Counted from the stretch's first letter, positions 1 through 13,606 are shown. The stretch: DNA of 64,000 nt from Azolla caroliniana (GCA_043228905.1 JBHGNT010000009.1:4588001-4652000), one strand, 5' to 3'. Notes: generated from the sequence alone by a model not told the origin. Translations and numbers: made by a program.

Positions 1-2921
1 ACGATCTAGATGTGGTAGAATGCATAGGCACCAAGAAATCGCCTCACCTCTGTTTGTGATTTACATTCTTCCCTCATGTCTGTGATGGCGTCCACCTTTG
101 CCGGGGATGGCTTCCGCCCGTATGCCTCGCACAAGTGTCCCACGACAAGAATCTCCGGTTGGCCGAATGCTGATTTCTCACCCGAGAAGGTCAAGCGTGC
201 ATCTTCGAGTCTTTGTAGAACCTTTTCGCAATCGGAGATGTGATATGCCACAAAACGTCTGCACCCATCCTCGTCCAAGGTTTCATCTTTCTCCGCTTTA
301 GAGCACCCTTTTATGGGGATATCATTGAGGAATGGCATGGTGATGTCAGGGATGCAATCTCTCAATACCTTGTTCATTGCATTTACCATGTGGGCTACAG
401 AGTTGGTGCCTCCTTGTGGCAAGGTACACATTCACACTAGGCCAATAGGGGTCCACATTGTCGTGATGTCCCTACTCTCCACAACTAGTTGGAATTGATC
501 ATACCCCGAGTATAGATCATTGATCGAATACATAGACCTTCCAGCGAAGGCCTCGGCGAATTCGTCAACACTCGGCCCAACCCCTGCATTTCGAATTGTC
601 ACTTGATTAACAAGTTGTAGGTCCCAGATGAAGCGTCAGGTGCCGTTCTTCTTTGGCACAGTGAACCACTGATTTGAGTATGGGGCGCTTGATGGCTCGA
701 GGATACCCATCTCAATCTTTTCCTTGAGTAGCTCAATCAACATCGGGATGTGAGCTCTCGGAACCGGGATTGGTTTGATGTTCCACGGTACATGCGATAC
801 CGTAAAGATCACCATTGGCTCCACGATCTTAGGGTTTATGCACCCTATCTCACCCGACGAGAAGGCAAAAGCCCTTCCGTGGCTTTCGATCATCCTTCTA
901 AATCTTTCTTCCTCCCTAGGCAATAGGAAGCCACCCTCACCAATTCGGAGCTTCTGTCGTGTCTCGTCGGTGAACCGATGCCCTATGCCTCGTGGGTCCC
1001 GCAAGCTGGGATCAGCCGCTACCCCCTTTATTTGATCCCAACTATCGTTAGGCAATGGGGCAACCACAGGCTTCACCTTCTTGTCCACGGTCTTGTATTT
1101 TGTTTGCACATTGACCGTCCGCGCTTCCTCGATCAACCGCCCAAGCTCTTCGATGGCGGTGTACATGTCAATTGAGTTGACTAGAATTACCTTGACTTCA
1201 TTGAGGCCTGAAATGACTATCCTCTCCATCTCTCTAAGAGTGTCGTCGAACGAGACCACCTCCGTGGCATCGCTTATGGTGTCATCTTCCCCCAATAAAT
1301 TACATTGTTTGAGATACCTTTCGTATGTCTTGGCCCAAGGCTTATCTCTATAAGTTAAACTAGTAATTTTACAAGCTCCATTTTCGGAGAAACAAAATTG
1401 TTTCCTATTACATTTAATAGTTTTGCAAGGGTTTAGGGTCTTAGTTTGCCTCAGGCTATTGCGACCCCACTCTTTAATAGCCCGCATAAAAAATCCTCTC
1501 GGTTCTCCCCTTTGAAGGAGGCTCGATTGTGCTCATGGTTGGGCCTCACCGTAAGGAATTGGACCGAATGCTTCCCATCTTGGCTCTTGACCCTCGCATA
1601 TGCTGACCCATTGTCTAGCACCTTTGTCTCCATGTGAGCCGCCGTGATGTATGGTTCACCCAAGATGATCGGGTGTGAGGACGTCTCTTGAACAAAGAAA
1701 TGTTGATCTATTTCTATGTCCCTCACCTTCACCCGTACATTCGGGCAAGCCCCGTATAGCTCCTCGGTTGCTCGGGTCGCCGCTCTAATCTTCCACCCGT
1801 GCTTCGTGTTGATCGGCCACTTTCCCTTTTTATAAAAGTCCATGGACATAAGGTTGATCTCAGAGCCATGGTCGATCAATGCTACAACCATCTCTTTTAC
1901 AACTCCGACCCGTACCGGTGTCTCCGTTGTCACTCTCGCCCAATGTGGCCTCGTGTAGTGAATGTCCGCATCGTCCTTGTCTTCGCAGGCTTTGCCACTT
2001 CTTGCTCCATTGAGAGCCGCTTCCTCTTCATTAGGTCGATGATGACCTCGTGGAATTCTTTCTTGGCAATTCCAAGGATCTCTCGTAGAATAAACTCTAC
2101 TCGACTGTCGGGGATCCTTTCCTCCACTACCTTCTTCAAGTCCGTTGCTTGTTCGATCTCCGAGGAAAGCTTGAAGTTGGGGGGGTTCCCCTTCTCTTTC
2201 CATCTTTCGTCGCGTGCTTGAGACTAGTTCAGCTCTTCCCTTCTTCGTGCACCTCGAGCGTCGTATTTCCTTGATGGACCGGCTCCCTCATCATTTCCTA
2301 CCTTCTTCTCTTCAACCATTACTTCGTAGTTTTGGCAAGCGGCTTCCACTAAGCTTGTCTTTTCTTCCACCGGATCCTTCCACCCGGTTGCTTCTTGGAC
2401 CTTTCTTTCCGCTTCGTCCGCTTCTTCTCTTTTGAACTTTCCCCTAGAGAGGCTTCCAAGGATTGACAGCCAAAAGTCAAACTCTTTCTCCTCTTGCCTC
2501 CTCACCTCTTTTCCCACTCGGATCCCAACCGATGCCGAGTAGTGGATGGCTTCAACATGTTGTGCTTCGGCCTCCTCCATTAGCCTTCTCATTCCCCCTC
2601 GGCCTTGATTCAATCCCAAGGGGCGCCTTGTCTCCGTTGAATAGACCCTATTTTCCAAAAATAGACAATATCCCTTCTTAGGGCCTCTTGAAAGTCTCCA
2701 CACTCCCTTCGTAGGTGGTCGGGATTGTTGCACCACATACATCTTTGCGCGAACGGGGGACGTCGATCTTGAGGGCCGCCACTCTCTCTCCTAGCTTGCG
2801 CTATTTGGAGATCTCGCACCATCTTTGTGAGCTCATCTATTTACGGTGCTTCAACCACGTTTCTCTCGGGGACGAACCTTGCATTTGCTTGCTCTCTTTC
2901 TTGAGGTGCTCTACCACCCCT

Positions 2922-4548
2922 GGGTTCGTGTGTCTCACTAATGGGGCCTGTGGATGTTTGGCCGCTCAATCTGTCGTGAGCCCATCATCAGTTTCGAGGA
3001 GGAGCCCTACCTTCTCTCGGTCTCGTGCATCAACAACTTTTATGAATAGTAGGACCTTGCTTGTGTCAAGCACCGTCCTATCGAGAGCCAAGAGTCGCGC
3101 GAAGCGCTTCTCAAATTCTTGTAGAAGTGCCATAGTATTTCTCCCCTTGCCAAGAAGCTCAAACCACTCCATCAGATCCCTTTTCGAAATTTTGAGTGAG
3201 TCATCAAGGCCGTACTTCTCGAGGAGTCTTTCTTCGAACCCCTCCCAATTGCAAGAGTCTACTTGCATCTCGAGTACCTCTACATGGATACTCAGTGTTA
3301 CCACTCTAGCGAATCTGGTTAGCCGCCTACCTTCGGGAACGTACAAGGAAGACATTCAGCCTTATAGGCATCCAAGTAGCTCGTGGTATCTCTTCCATTG
3401 AACTGATCCGTTGTGCTGACCACCTTCTCTATGGCCCTGTCTAGGCCGGTGATGCCTTCTCGGGCATTTACCAAGCGGTCCGCCGCCGCCGCCATCACTT
3501 GAGCGAGTTCTCCTCCTCGCATCTTGGATCTCCCTTGCCGCCCTTTAACATAGGGTTCACCAAATTTATGTCGCGAAGTTTCGCGCGTGTGTGTTACTTG
3601 GGCGGGACCACAGGGGTCTTGGACTAGGGAGCACTCAAGGGATAGAGAAGACCCAAGGTTTGCTTTACAACAATACTACTTCCCGACCCCTTCCCGAGCA
3701 AGGGTTCATGTGTCTCACTAATGGAGCCTGTGGATGTTTGGCCGCTCAACGGAGACCCGTTGTTCCATTCCCGTCTCTTATCGAAGCGACTACAAACCCG
3801 TTTTACCATAGCCCAATCCGTCGTGAGCCCATCATCAGTTTCGAGGAGGAGCCCCACCTTCTCTCGGTCTCATGCATCAACAACTTTTATGAATAGTAGG
3901 ACCTTGCTTGTGTCAAGCACCGTCCTATCGAGAGCCAAGAGTCGCGCGGAGCGCTTCTCAAATTCTTGTAGAAGTGTCGTAGTATTTCTCCCCTTGCCAA
4001 GAAGCTCAAACCACTCCATTAGATCCCTTTTCGAAATTTTGAGTGAGTCATCAAGGCCGTACTTCTCGAGGAGTCTTTCTTCGAACCCCTCCCAATTGCA
4101 AGAGTCTACTTGCATCTCGAGTACCTCTACATGGATACTCAGTGTTACCACTCTAGCGAATCCGGTTAGCCGCCTACCTTCGAGAACGTACAAGGAAGAC
4201 ATTCAGCCTTATAGGCATCCAAGTAGCTCGTGGTATCTCTTCCATTGAACTGATCCGTTGTGCTGACCACCTTCTCTATGGCCCTGTCTAGGCCGGTGAT
4301 GCCTTCTCGGGCATTTACCAAGCGGTCCACCGCCGCCGCCATCACTTGAGCGAGTTCTCCTCCTCGCATCTTGGATCTCCCTTGCCGCCCTTTCACATAG
4401 GGTTCACCAAATTTATGTCACGAAGTTTCGCGCATGTGTATTATTTGGGCGGGACCACAAGGGTCTTGGACTAGGGAGCACTCAAGGGATAGAGAAGACT
4501 CGAGGTTTGCTTTACAACAATACTACTTCCTGACCCCTTCCTGAGTAA
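2922..4548. repeat. Tandem duplication of LTR end + PBS + gag 5' region (units 2922-3701 and 3702-4548)
   Basis: Near-identical ORF pairs 2966-3355/3870-4202 and 3319-3522/4166-4396; unit 1 lacks ~67 bp present in unit 2. Confidence 0.92.
4393..4408 (-). promoter_or_regulatory. Primer-binding site, tRNA-Trp-like (second copy at ~3546-3561)
   Basis: Minus strand TGGTGAACCCTATGTG versus TGGTGAACCCGACGTG, the complement of the plant cytosolic tRNA-Trp 3' end as recalled; a few bases from the LTR end. Confidence 0.65.
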
Positions 4549-6499
4549 GGGCTCGTGGCCCTTTGTTTTGTGAGGTCGGTGGCTTTTGTTGATCACGACT
4601 CGTCAACCTTTCGAGATCACCGCACGAGCCAAGTGATCAAACGGGTAGAAGCAAAGATGAGCATGCAAGATGAATGTACAAGGGGACGATAACACAAACA
4701 CGAATGCCCGTACGTCTTTATGAGGAGGAGAGGTGCATGGGCACGCTCGAACACTCCCTCGCCACAAGACGTCGAACGTACGAGGAAGACACAAAACACA
4801 CGCACAAATGCTCGTACGCCTTTATGAGGAGGAGAGGTGCATGGGCAAGCCCAAACACTCCCTCGTCACAAGACGATCGAACATACAAGGAAGTCACAAA
4901 CACACGCACAAATGCTCGTACGTTTTTATGAGGAGGTTCATGGGCACATCCGAAACGATCCCTCGTCACAAGACGACCGAACGTACAAGGAAGACACAAA
5001 CACACACACACAAAATGCTCGTACGCCTTTATGAGGAGGAGAGGTGCATGGGCAAGCCCGAACGCTCCCTCGTCACAAGACGATCGAACGTACAAGGAAG
5101 ACACAAATACACGTACAAATGCTCGTACATCTTTATGAGGAGAAGAGGTGCATGGGCACGCCCAAAACACTCCCTCGTCACAAGACAGCCGAATGTACAA
5201 GGAAGTCACAAACACACACACAAAATGCTCGTACGCCTTTATGAGGAGAGGTGCATGGGCATGCTTGAAACACTCCCTCGTCACAAGACGACTGAACGTA
5301 CAAGGAAGACACAAACACATGCACAAAATGCTTGTACGCCTTGACGAGGAGGAGAGGTGCATGGGCACGCTTGAAACGCTCCCTCGTCACAAGACAACTG
5401 AACGTACAAGGAAGACTCAATCTCACACACAAATGCTCATACGCCTTTATCAGGAGGAGAGGTGCATGGGCACGCCCAAAATGCTCCCTCGTCACAAGAT
5501 GGTCGAACGTACAAGGAAGACACAAACACACGCACAAAATGCTCGTACGCCTTTATGAGGAGGAGAGGTGCATGGGCACGCCCGAAACGCTCCCTTGTCA
5601 CAAGACGGCCGAACGTACAAGTGGACGAGAACAAAGAAAGAAAGAAACACGAATTATATTGGCCAAAGAAATAAATACGTGTTCGATTCCAACGCAAGAG
5701 GACCCTTTATAAAATAGGGTTTGATTACAATGGCAACTTCTAGTTAACCACAAGCTCAATCAAAACATAAATACTAAATGCCCTTAGAGACAAGAGCAAA
5801 TCCAAACACGACGAAGACGAACACACGAGCACCACCAAAATGCCAACCCCAACGAACCACAACCACGTGAACGGCGAGCACACAAGCTCTCAACGACGAA
5901 CGGGGTGAAGCAACGTCGAACCAACGAAGCTTGGGCTCACGAGCACTTTGAGTGCCAACGCGAAGAAGACGAGCACGTGGCGATGAGGGGATGAAGGGGT
6001 ATGAGATGAAGAGAAGTGGTGAAGAAGAAGATGAAGAGCTCTAAAAGAAAAATGGCGATAGTCTCCTCCTCCCAAAACGTCCTCCCAAATGAGCCCCCCT
6101 CAACCTCCTTTTATAGGAAAACAAGAAGAGGGGTTGCCAATTTTGTCTTCAATGCAAAAGGAATAAAATTCCTTAAATCACACTACATTGTAAGACCAAA
6201 TTTGAACCATGCACCTCTAGCTAGAAGTCAATGTGATTATCCATTAGCCCATTAACTCTCTCTTATATAATATATAATTCAATCTTTAGAAATTCATAGT
6301 CTGTCTCCCCTCTACTTTTTATCTCTTCTCTCTCTTACTTTTTACACGAGCTTCTATACATCCTTTCCACCCTTTCTTTTCCCTTTTCTTTTGCATGTGC
6401 ACAATTAATCGCCTTTGTGTGCACACACATTGCACATGCACATTTTGACCCCCCCCTTTCGCCGGTTTTTCCCACTCTCGAGCACACCACATCACAACA
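4416..6499 (-). repeat. 5' LTR of gypsy A (~2.1 kb)
   Basis: Begins TGTCACGA right after the PBS and ends TCACAACA, where LINE ORF2 sequence resumes; termini resemble the TGTCG...CACGACA ends of the LTR at 62584-63235. The partner LTR is outside the window, so the right boundary is inferred. Confidence 0.7.
4675..5620. repeat. Tandem array, about 9 copies of a ~105-bp unit, inside the LTR
   Basis: GAGGTGCATGGG...CCCTCGTCACAAGACG...GAACGTACAAGGAAG recurs at ~4730, 4834, 4933, 5041, 5145, 5248, 5354, 5459 and 5565. Confidence 0.95.
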
Positions 6500-9400
6500 A
6501 TGTCCAACAGTAACTAGGTTACAAGAGGTTGGTTTAAATATCAACTGATCTAGGGCAAGTGCCCAAGTTTCTACTAATTACAAAACTATCCTAGTATGAT
6601 GTCCACTGACTAGTGTGAACACTCTCTCTATGGGAGGTTGAGTTCTATTCTCAACAGGAATAAATAAACCCATCCACTTCTGTGTAGCAGATCCAATTTG
6701 CATCTGAGTATTAAAAAGGGCATTTTGTATTGTAGAATACATTATCTTCCCACCCCTTATATTACTAATTAGTATCATTTGGTGATCTATAGGTTTAGAC
6801 AGAAATGTTGTCCATGCACCTATAGATTGTGTTGGCCCACGATCTAATTCTGCCCATGCACATCTAGTACACATTCCCAACATCTGCCCTCTCTGGTCAG
6901 TCAACCATGAATTCCAAATCAAGGCATGTCTACCGAATTCAGATTTTGTTTTTGGCAATGTCTTAACTAAATTAAGAGAAATATCTTTCCATGCATTAAG
7001 AACACATCGAGCAAATATCTCTTCCCAGTTTGTGGCCATAACCAATTTGTTATGTTCCATAAAAGCCCATCTAAAACTAGGCATCCAATCTCCACCAGTT
7101 TTGGGACAAAACTTTTGCAATTCATAAAACAACAATTATTTCCAAGGTTCCGATCCTGGCAACAATCCTCGAATCACCAAATTTGCAATCAAAGCTTTGG
7201 ACTGTTGTAATGGATCTACAATTCCTAATCCTCCTTGATCCAATGGCTTAACAATTGTGGACCAAGAGACTTTTGCCCTGGCATGGCTTCCATCATTACC
7301 AAACCACAAACAATTTCGGATCAATCTTTGTAATTGTCCCATACATGATTTTGAAAAACTTCAACATGACATAATATACCAAAGACTAGACAACAAAACT
7401 TGATTAACGACTATCACTCTACCCGCAAATGATAGTTTAGCTTTACTCCAAAACAATAGTTTTTTCCTGATTTTCAATAGCAAAGAAGCAACCTGAATTT
7501 CTGAACAAATATTCAAACCTACTTGACATCCCAAATATCTAACTGAAGTGCCCTTGGGAATCCATCGGAAATTTGGATGAGGACTCCATTGTGGAGTTGT
7601 GGAATTGGACAACACTAAAAAAACCCACTGATTTATTCCAATTAATTGATGCACCTGATGCCATACAAAATGTTTGCACCGCTATGTACATTTTCTACAA
7701 ATTATTATTCGGACCATCCAAATACAAACTTGTATCACCAGCAAATTCTACATCGACAACATTTGTCCCATCAATGGGCATTGCTATTCCTTTCAATCCA
7801 ACCTCCTCAGCAGTAAAAAACAAACTCATCGCTTCAGCAAAAAACAAAAATAAATATGGTGCAAGTGGAGAGCCTTGTCGTACACTTCGGGAAATTTGAA
7901 AGTCATCACCTTTAACCCCTCCTACCAAAACAGAACTACACGTTGAATTATACAGAGAAGACACTCCTATCACCCATTTCTCCGGAAAACCCAATCTTAC
8001 AAGAGTACCCTGAAGGAACTCCCAATCAACTCGATCATATGCTTTTTCAAAGTCTAGTAGCAAAATCAACAAATCCACTTTTTTCGTACGAGCCAAGGCA
8101 ATGGCTTCCCAAAAAAAGAACAAATTATCCAGTATACTTCTTTCCTAAATAAAACCTATTTGGGTGATATGAATCAAATCATGTAAGAAAGATTGCACTC
8201 TCAATGACAATGTTTTTGCAAAGATTTTATATATTGTATTTAGCAAAGTTATTGGTCTCCATTTTCTAATATCATCTGATATACCTTCAACCTTAGGTAT
8301 TAAATAAATCAAGCCAACTGCCATACTACGAGGCATGTACCCAATGTCAAAAATTCTTTGATAAGCTTTTGTTAAGTCTTCCCCAATATATTCCCAATAT
8401 TTGAGGAAAAAATGTGGAGTAATTCCATCCTCCCCTGGACAAGACATAAGACTTAAAGCTCTAAGTGCATTATGTATTTCCATAATGTCAAAGGGCTTAA
8501 GTAATGCAACCTTCATTTCATTTGTGACTTTAGGCTTAATCTTGTCCCACACACATTTCCTACTTGTGTGAACAGATTCGGTAGCAACTCCACTGGACAA
8601 CAATTTAACATAATAAGTAGTAGCAATTTGTACAATTTTTGTCTCATCTTCTGTGAAGGAGCCATTTTCTCTCCTTAGTTGTTTAATCCCTACTGCCGAC
8701 CATTTCGGTGCAACTTGGGAAAAAAACGTCTTGTTTACTCTGTCACCTACTCGTGTCCATTTTGAAACAGAAGCTTGATATTGAAATTGTAAAATGATGT
8801 CCTCAATATTTCTTAATTCCCATTTCGCATTATGTAAAGCATTTGTCGTCCATTCACACAATGGATCCCTTTCTTGAAAATGTTGCAACTATGTCAACGA
8901 TGCATACTGATAATTTTCTGTGTATATCTTTCCCTTTTCCCTTGTGCCCAAGAGATTAAGAAACTACTAATATGTGATATTGCCAGTGCCACATTATCTT
9001 CCACATTTCCAATTTGCAATAAAGTTTGTCTCCATATATACATAACTTTTTCAATAATTATGGATTCTGTAAACAATTCCGGTGGAATCCTTAATCTCCC
9101 TTATTGCTTACGTTTTTTCCCATCATTAAGTTGTAATACAACTGGGGCATGATCGGAGAAAGTTGTACCTAGATAAATGCCAACACTCCCTCCTATCTCC
9201 GCAAATAAATCATCAACATAAATCCTATCAAATCTTGACAAATTTGCCCCATTTAATCTTCTATCAAACCTAGAAAACATTGAAGAATTATGCAATTTTC
9301 CAAAGGATGGTAAATGCCAAACATCCAACAACCTTCTACTTATAGTAAATTTTTCCCATGTGGATAATTCTAAACCATGCACTGTTGCTCCACCTTCACC

Positions 9401-10281
9401 ACTCCTATCCTCGGGATCCTCAATCATATTAAAGTCTCTTGCTATACACCAATGATCTACAACTGGCAATGAACTATCCAATTCAATCCACATCTTTAAT
9501 CGTTCTCTAGAGTAATTAGGAGCATACAAATTCAAAAAGCCAACCTTTTTATTATGAAATTTCATGATAACATATTGTGTTCTTCCTAACAACAAATTTC
9601 CTACATCCAACATCTTTACTTGCCATATATCACGAATAGCCATACATAATCCAACTTGAAGTTGTGTTGATCCATATGCTGGAACCCACAACATTTCCCA
9701 GTTTCCAGGCAGTAATGAACCATAGACTTAAGTACACCTTTCATTTAAACGGTGTTCTTGTAATATCACTATGGCCACTTGCCCAATTATACATTTATGC
9801 AACTCTTGCCGAAATCTCCATTTATATTGTTTACATAAGGATCCCCCAAGACCCTGCACATTCCAAGAAATAATCTTCATATTTACACAAATTTGGACAA
9901 TAATCTTTTTTCTTTCAAACATCGATTCGTGTCTTCTTGAGACATATCTTGAGTCTTAATCATTCTTCTAAAAGAGATGTGATCTTTACTAAATGCATTA
10001 GTCTGCTTATGTACTCTCTAAATGGAAATCTTACTATCGCACCCTTGAAAATGTTCAACTAATGATTTTGTGGAAGTTCTCCAATCATTAGCATCCTTCA
10101 TGAAAAGATTATGATCTTTTGGCAAATGCTTGGACATGGATCTTGTCCACCTACCTTCAAACGAAGGCAAAGGTCCAATGTCAACTACCCGATTTTTAGT
10201 TTGTAGTTCCCCTACAATCTCTTGTCCATTCATTGTTTCTGATACATTAATCGGAATGATAACATTCTCAGCATATAACAT
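6500..10281 (-). mobile_element. L1-clade LINE, ORF2 (APE endonuclease + RT) with in-frame stops; 3' part interrupted by gypsy A
   Basis: IISWNVQGL, ILQEH, NLYAPN, DFN, SRFDRIY, SDHAPV (endonuclease); WRPITLLNTIYKI, LDFEKAYDRV, RQGSPLAP, EFAGD, RYLG (RT). Confidence 0.93.
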
Positions 10282-10309
10282 TTAGATGTATTTGCTATGC
10301 ATATATGTT

Positions 10310-12350
10310 AGTGATCAATTGAAAAAATTGGGATGTGTATTTTTCTTGGATATAGCAAAGTAAGGAAGATACTTACCAATCAAGATGTGGTGTTTAGTGA
10401 AGAACAACCACACTCATGCCATCTCGGACATAGGTATATTTTATAGATGGCTTTTTTTATAAGGTGGAGTGGTTTTACTCAACACCAAAGTATTTATTTA
10501 CGCCGATGGTTAGAATTTAGAAAAATATAGGGGAGCTGTGGATATCTTGTATGTTTAGGCTTATGCATTTTCTTATACTAATGTAGTATCTTTTTTTTGG
10601 AAAAAAACAACCACCACACTCAATAGAGAACAAGAACAAGGATTTGTCCTCTATGTCATCAACTAAAGTTCAACATTCCGCCATGTGCTAGTTGCACCAA
10701 GACTAGGTATGAAGGAGTTATCAAATAGTGATGACTCATATGATCAACATGTTGAATCATAAGAAGGTAAAACACAATCAACGTGGGCTCAATAGCTCTT
10801 TGTTGATCAAAACTCCAAGATGACGTGTCTTGAGACATTCATTGATAATGTTTGAAGATCAAGAAGGATAGATCATAGAGGAACAAGGAAAGGCCTTTGA
10901 ACGCATTGAAAAACATGCTTTGATGGTTGAAAAAGTGGTTCCCATAAGAAAATGACCTTTGTTGGAAGAATCCCTAAGAGATGCTATGTGGAAAGAGAAA
11001 ATGAAGTTGGAGTTTGACATCATCATCAAGAAAGAGACAATGAAGTTGGAGTTGGTCAATTGACCAAAAGAATAGAAAATCATCAATGGCAAGTGGATTA
11101 TTAGGAAGATCAAATACAAAGTTAATGAATTGTGTTAAAGTATAGGCTTAATAGCATCATGATAATTCTCACGATAATCCCTTGCCAATGCAAAGAGGTG
11201 GTCAATTGTCCAAATGGATGTCAAGTTTCTTTTTCTAAATGGACATTTAAAAGAGGAGGTATGTGTAACTGATCCATGAGGGTTTGAGTTGCTCGATTTG
11301 TAAATATGGTTTGAAACAAGAGCCTAGAGCTTTGAACTATAAAATTGATAGATTCTTAAAAAATAACGAGTTTAAACAAAGTTCTTTGCATGCTAGACTA
11401 TGTGTGATGAGGAAAGATGGAATTTGTGTCATGGTCATTGTGTATGTGAACGATGTAGAACTTACAATGTATGATGAAAAATGTGTTTCCCAAACTCAAA
11501 ATACGTTAAAATCTGAGTTTGAAATGACACATTTAGTGATGCTCCATTTTTTCTTAGGGGTTGAAGTTTAGAAAAAAACTACAAGTATCTACGGCTCATA
11601 ACAAAGGTACACAACAAAAATCCTAAAAGCATTTGGAATGATGAATTGTAAAGTTGCATCCACACCAATGGAGGTAAATTGTAAATTGCCCACTAAAGAC
11701 TCTTCACATCTAGTTGACATCAATAAGTATAGACAACATGATGAGTATTTGATATTATCGTGCAACATAGACCAAACATTTGCTTTTTCATTGGTATGTT
11801 GAGCCGGTTCTCCAAAAAGCATCAAACGAATCTCATTGGAAGGCATCTATGTGTCTATTGAAGTACATCAAGGGTACCCCAAAGTATGGAATTCATTTAG
11901 GCTAGAGATCAATGCTCTCAATGGGTATTGTTACATTGATTAGGTTGGAAATTGTGATTCTAGAAAATTAGTTTCTAAATATTGTTTCTAACTTGCTTTG
12001 GGAAAGTTCTCATGGATAAGTAAGAAGCAAACAATCAGAGGTTGAATGCAAAGCTACTTGTAAATTAATTTGGCTTACAAGAGTTGTCTAGGATTTGGTT
12101 TCAAATGAGTCGGAGATTATACTTAGATGCGACAATCAAAGATGCATAACCATTGCCAAGAACCTCATGTTTGATGCACACAAGAAGTGTAAGGGAGTTA
12201 ATAGATGGTGAAAGTTTGTAGTTTGAGTATTGTTTGAAAAAGAATGACTCAACTCCCGTTTTCACCAACGTTCTCAAATAGGACTAGTTGCATTGACACC
12301 ATCAATGCCAAGATGTCAGTCCATGATTGATTTAGTCCATTGAAGGAGAT
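10310..12350 (+). mobile_element. Heavily decayed Ty1/copia pol remnant (integrase C-terminus, RT, RNase H)
   Basis: Residual motifs CIFLGYS (~10334), QMDVKFLFLNGHLKEEV (~11211), YGLKQEPRA and IVYVND (11284-11571), CDNQ..I.IAKN (~12127). Confidence 0.8.
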
Positions 12351-12985
12351 GACCATTGAAGTGTAGAATCTAGAGTTTATATTATTTTTATAGTAGAGAG
12401 CTTATGTTTCCCTTAAGTGCCCCCAAATTAGGCGCTTATATAGATTAGTTCACTCATTGTTGTGTAAATTGCATGTCCGTGTATACTTGGGCAGGACCAC
12501 GGGAACTTGAACCAAGGATGAGATCTTCTTCAAACAAATGCTCCAAGATTCACTCGGTGATAGAGCAATTCTACATCTACAACCCCGAGGAATAAAACAA
12601 CCCTGCAAGCATAGAGAAATCTTGAAAGTACATAGTTCGTAATTTGCTTGTTTATCAATCTTTGTCCATGAATGATGGAAGGTCTATTGTCATTACCCAC
12701 TCAAAAACTCGATCATTATGAAAATGGTTCATCACATCACTTGTATAATTTGTCAATGATTTAGAGCCTAATTGGTTTATCATGGTGGTAAGTCTAATAA
12801 AACAAAACTTTACATGCTAGTTATATGCCGAGATATGTGAGTTTAGTGTGAATCACTTAAATTTTTTGTCATTAAAAATTTCTTACCATCCTAGATTACA
12901 AGTATGATTTTTCATTTCAAAACATAGTCACCACAACATGATCTTGATTATATAGCTAATTCATATTATGTTAATGATTCTAGAG

Positions 12986-12989
<4 letters not shown>

Positions 12990-13019
<30 letters not shown>

Positions 13020-13078
13020 TGTATGTATGTATGTATGTATGTATGTATGTATGTATGTATGTATGTATGTATGTATGT
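12990..13078. repeat. (TATG)n microsatellite
   Basis: About 22 perfect ATGT units read directly. Confidence 0.97.
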
Positions 13079-13606
13079 AGTTTAAACCTACAATGTTAGC
13101 ACCCCTCATGCATGAATGGATGTGAGCTTGATTCTAGAGTATATAGCTAGGTTTCAACTAAATTTCCTTAGCATTGATAGGAAAAGGCCATAAAGCTTAT
13201 GTATTAGACTGCCAATAATCAATCAAGTTGTTTTGGTGGTTATCCTATCAATTGTGCTTTTGTCTTTTCTTATTCCCTAAAGGTTGTCATTCTTCGAACA
13301 TAAGACTTACAATGTCACCTTTTCCAATTGATATCACTAATCCATTTTTCCCTGAGGGTGAGGGTGAAACTCAGAATACTAGCAACAGTAGTTGAATGTT
13401 TATGGTTCATACGACATCAGCCTACCTATTTAAAGTGTGCCTCATCCAAAACATTAAAAGCTTTCATAATGACAATATACCTACTTAAAGGGTGCTTCGA
13501 AGAAAGTGATGTTTTAGTAATCTAATGAGTCATTGATGACCAACAATTTTACAAAAATAAATAATTTTAATGAGAGAAATCAATACGCATTTTCTAGATT
13601 TGCTAT

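Larger units (their letters stand above)
1..6499 (-). mobile_element. Ty3/gypsy LTR retrotransposon A, 5' half (5' LTR, PBS, gag, protease, RT); degenerate; continues off the left edge
   Basis: Minus-strand gag zinc knuckle CMWCNNPDHLRREC (ORF 2610-2822), aspartic protease ALIDHGSEINLM (1451-2203), RT motifs EPSSAPYS and LPQGGTNS...PFLND (6-1487); several stops and frameshifts. Confidence 0.93.

Noticed and set aside
4603-5712. Many overlapping ORFs in all frames; superficially CRISPR-like periodicity
   Set aside because: Artefact of a ~105-bp tandem unit; whole units repeat with no unique spacers, and there are no cas genes in this eukaryotic context.
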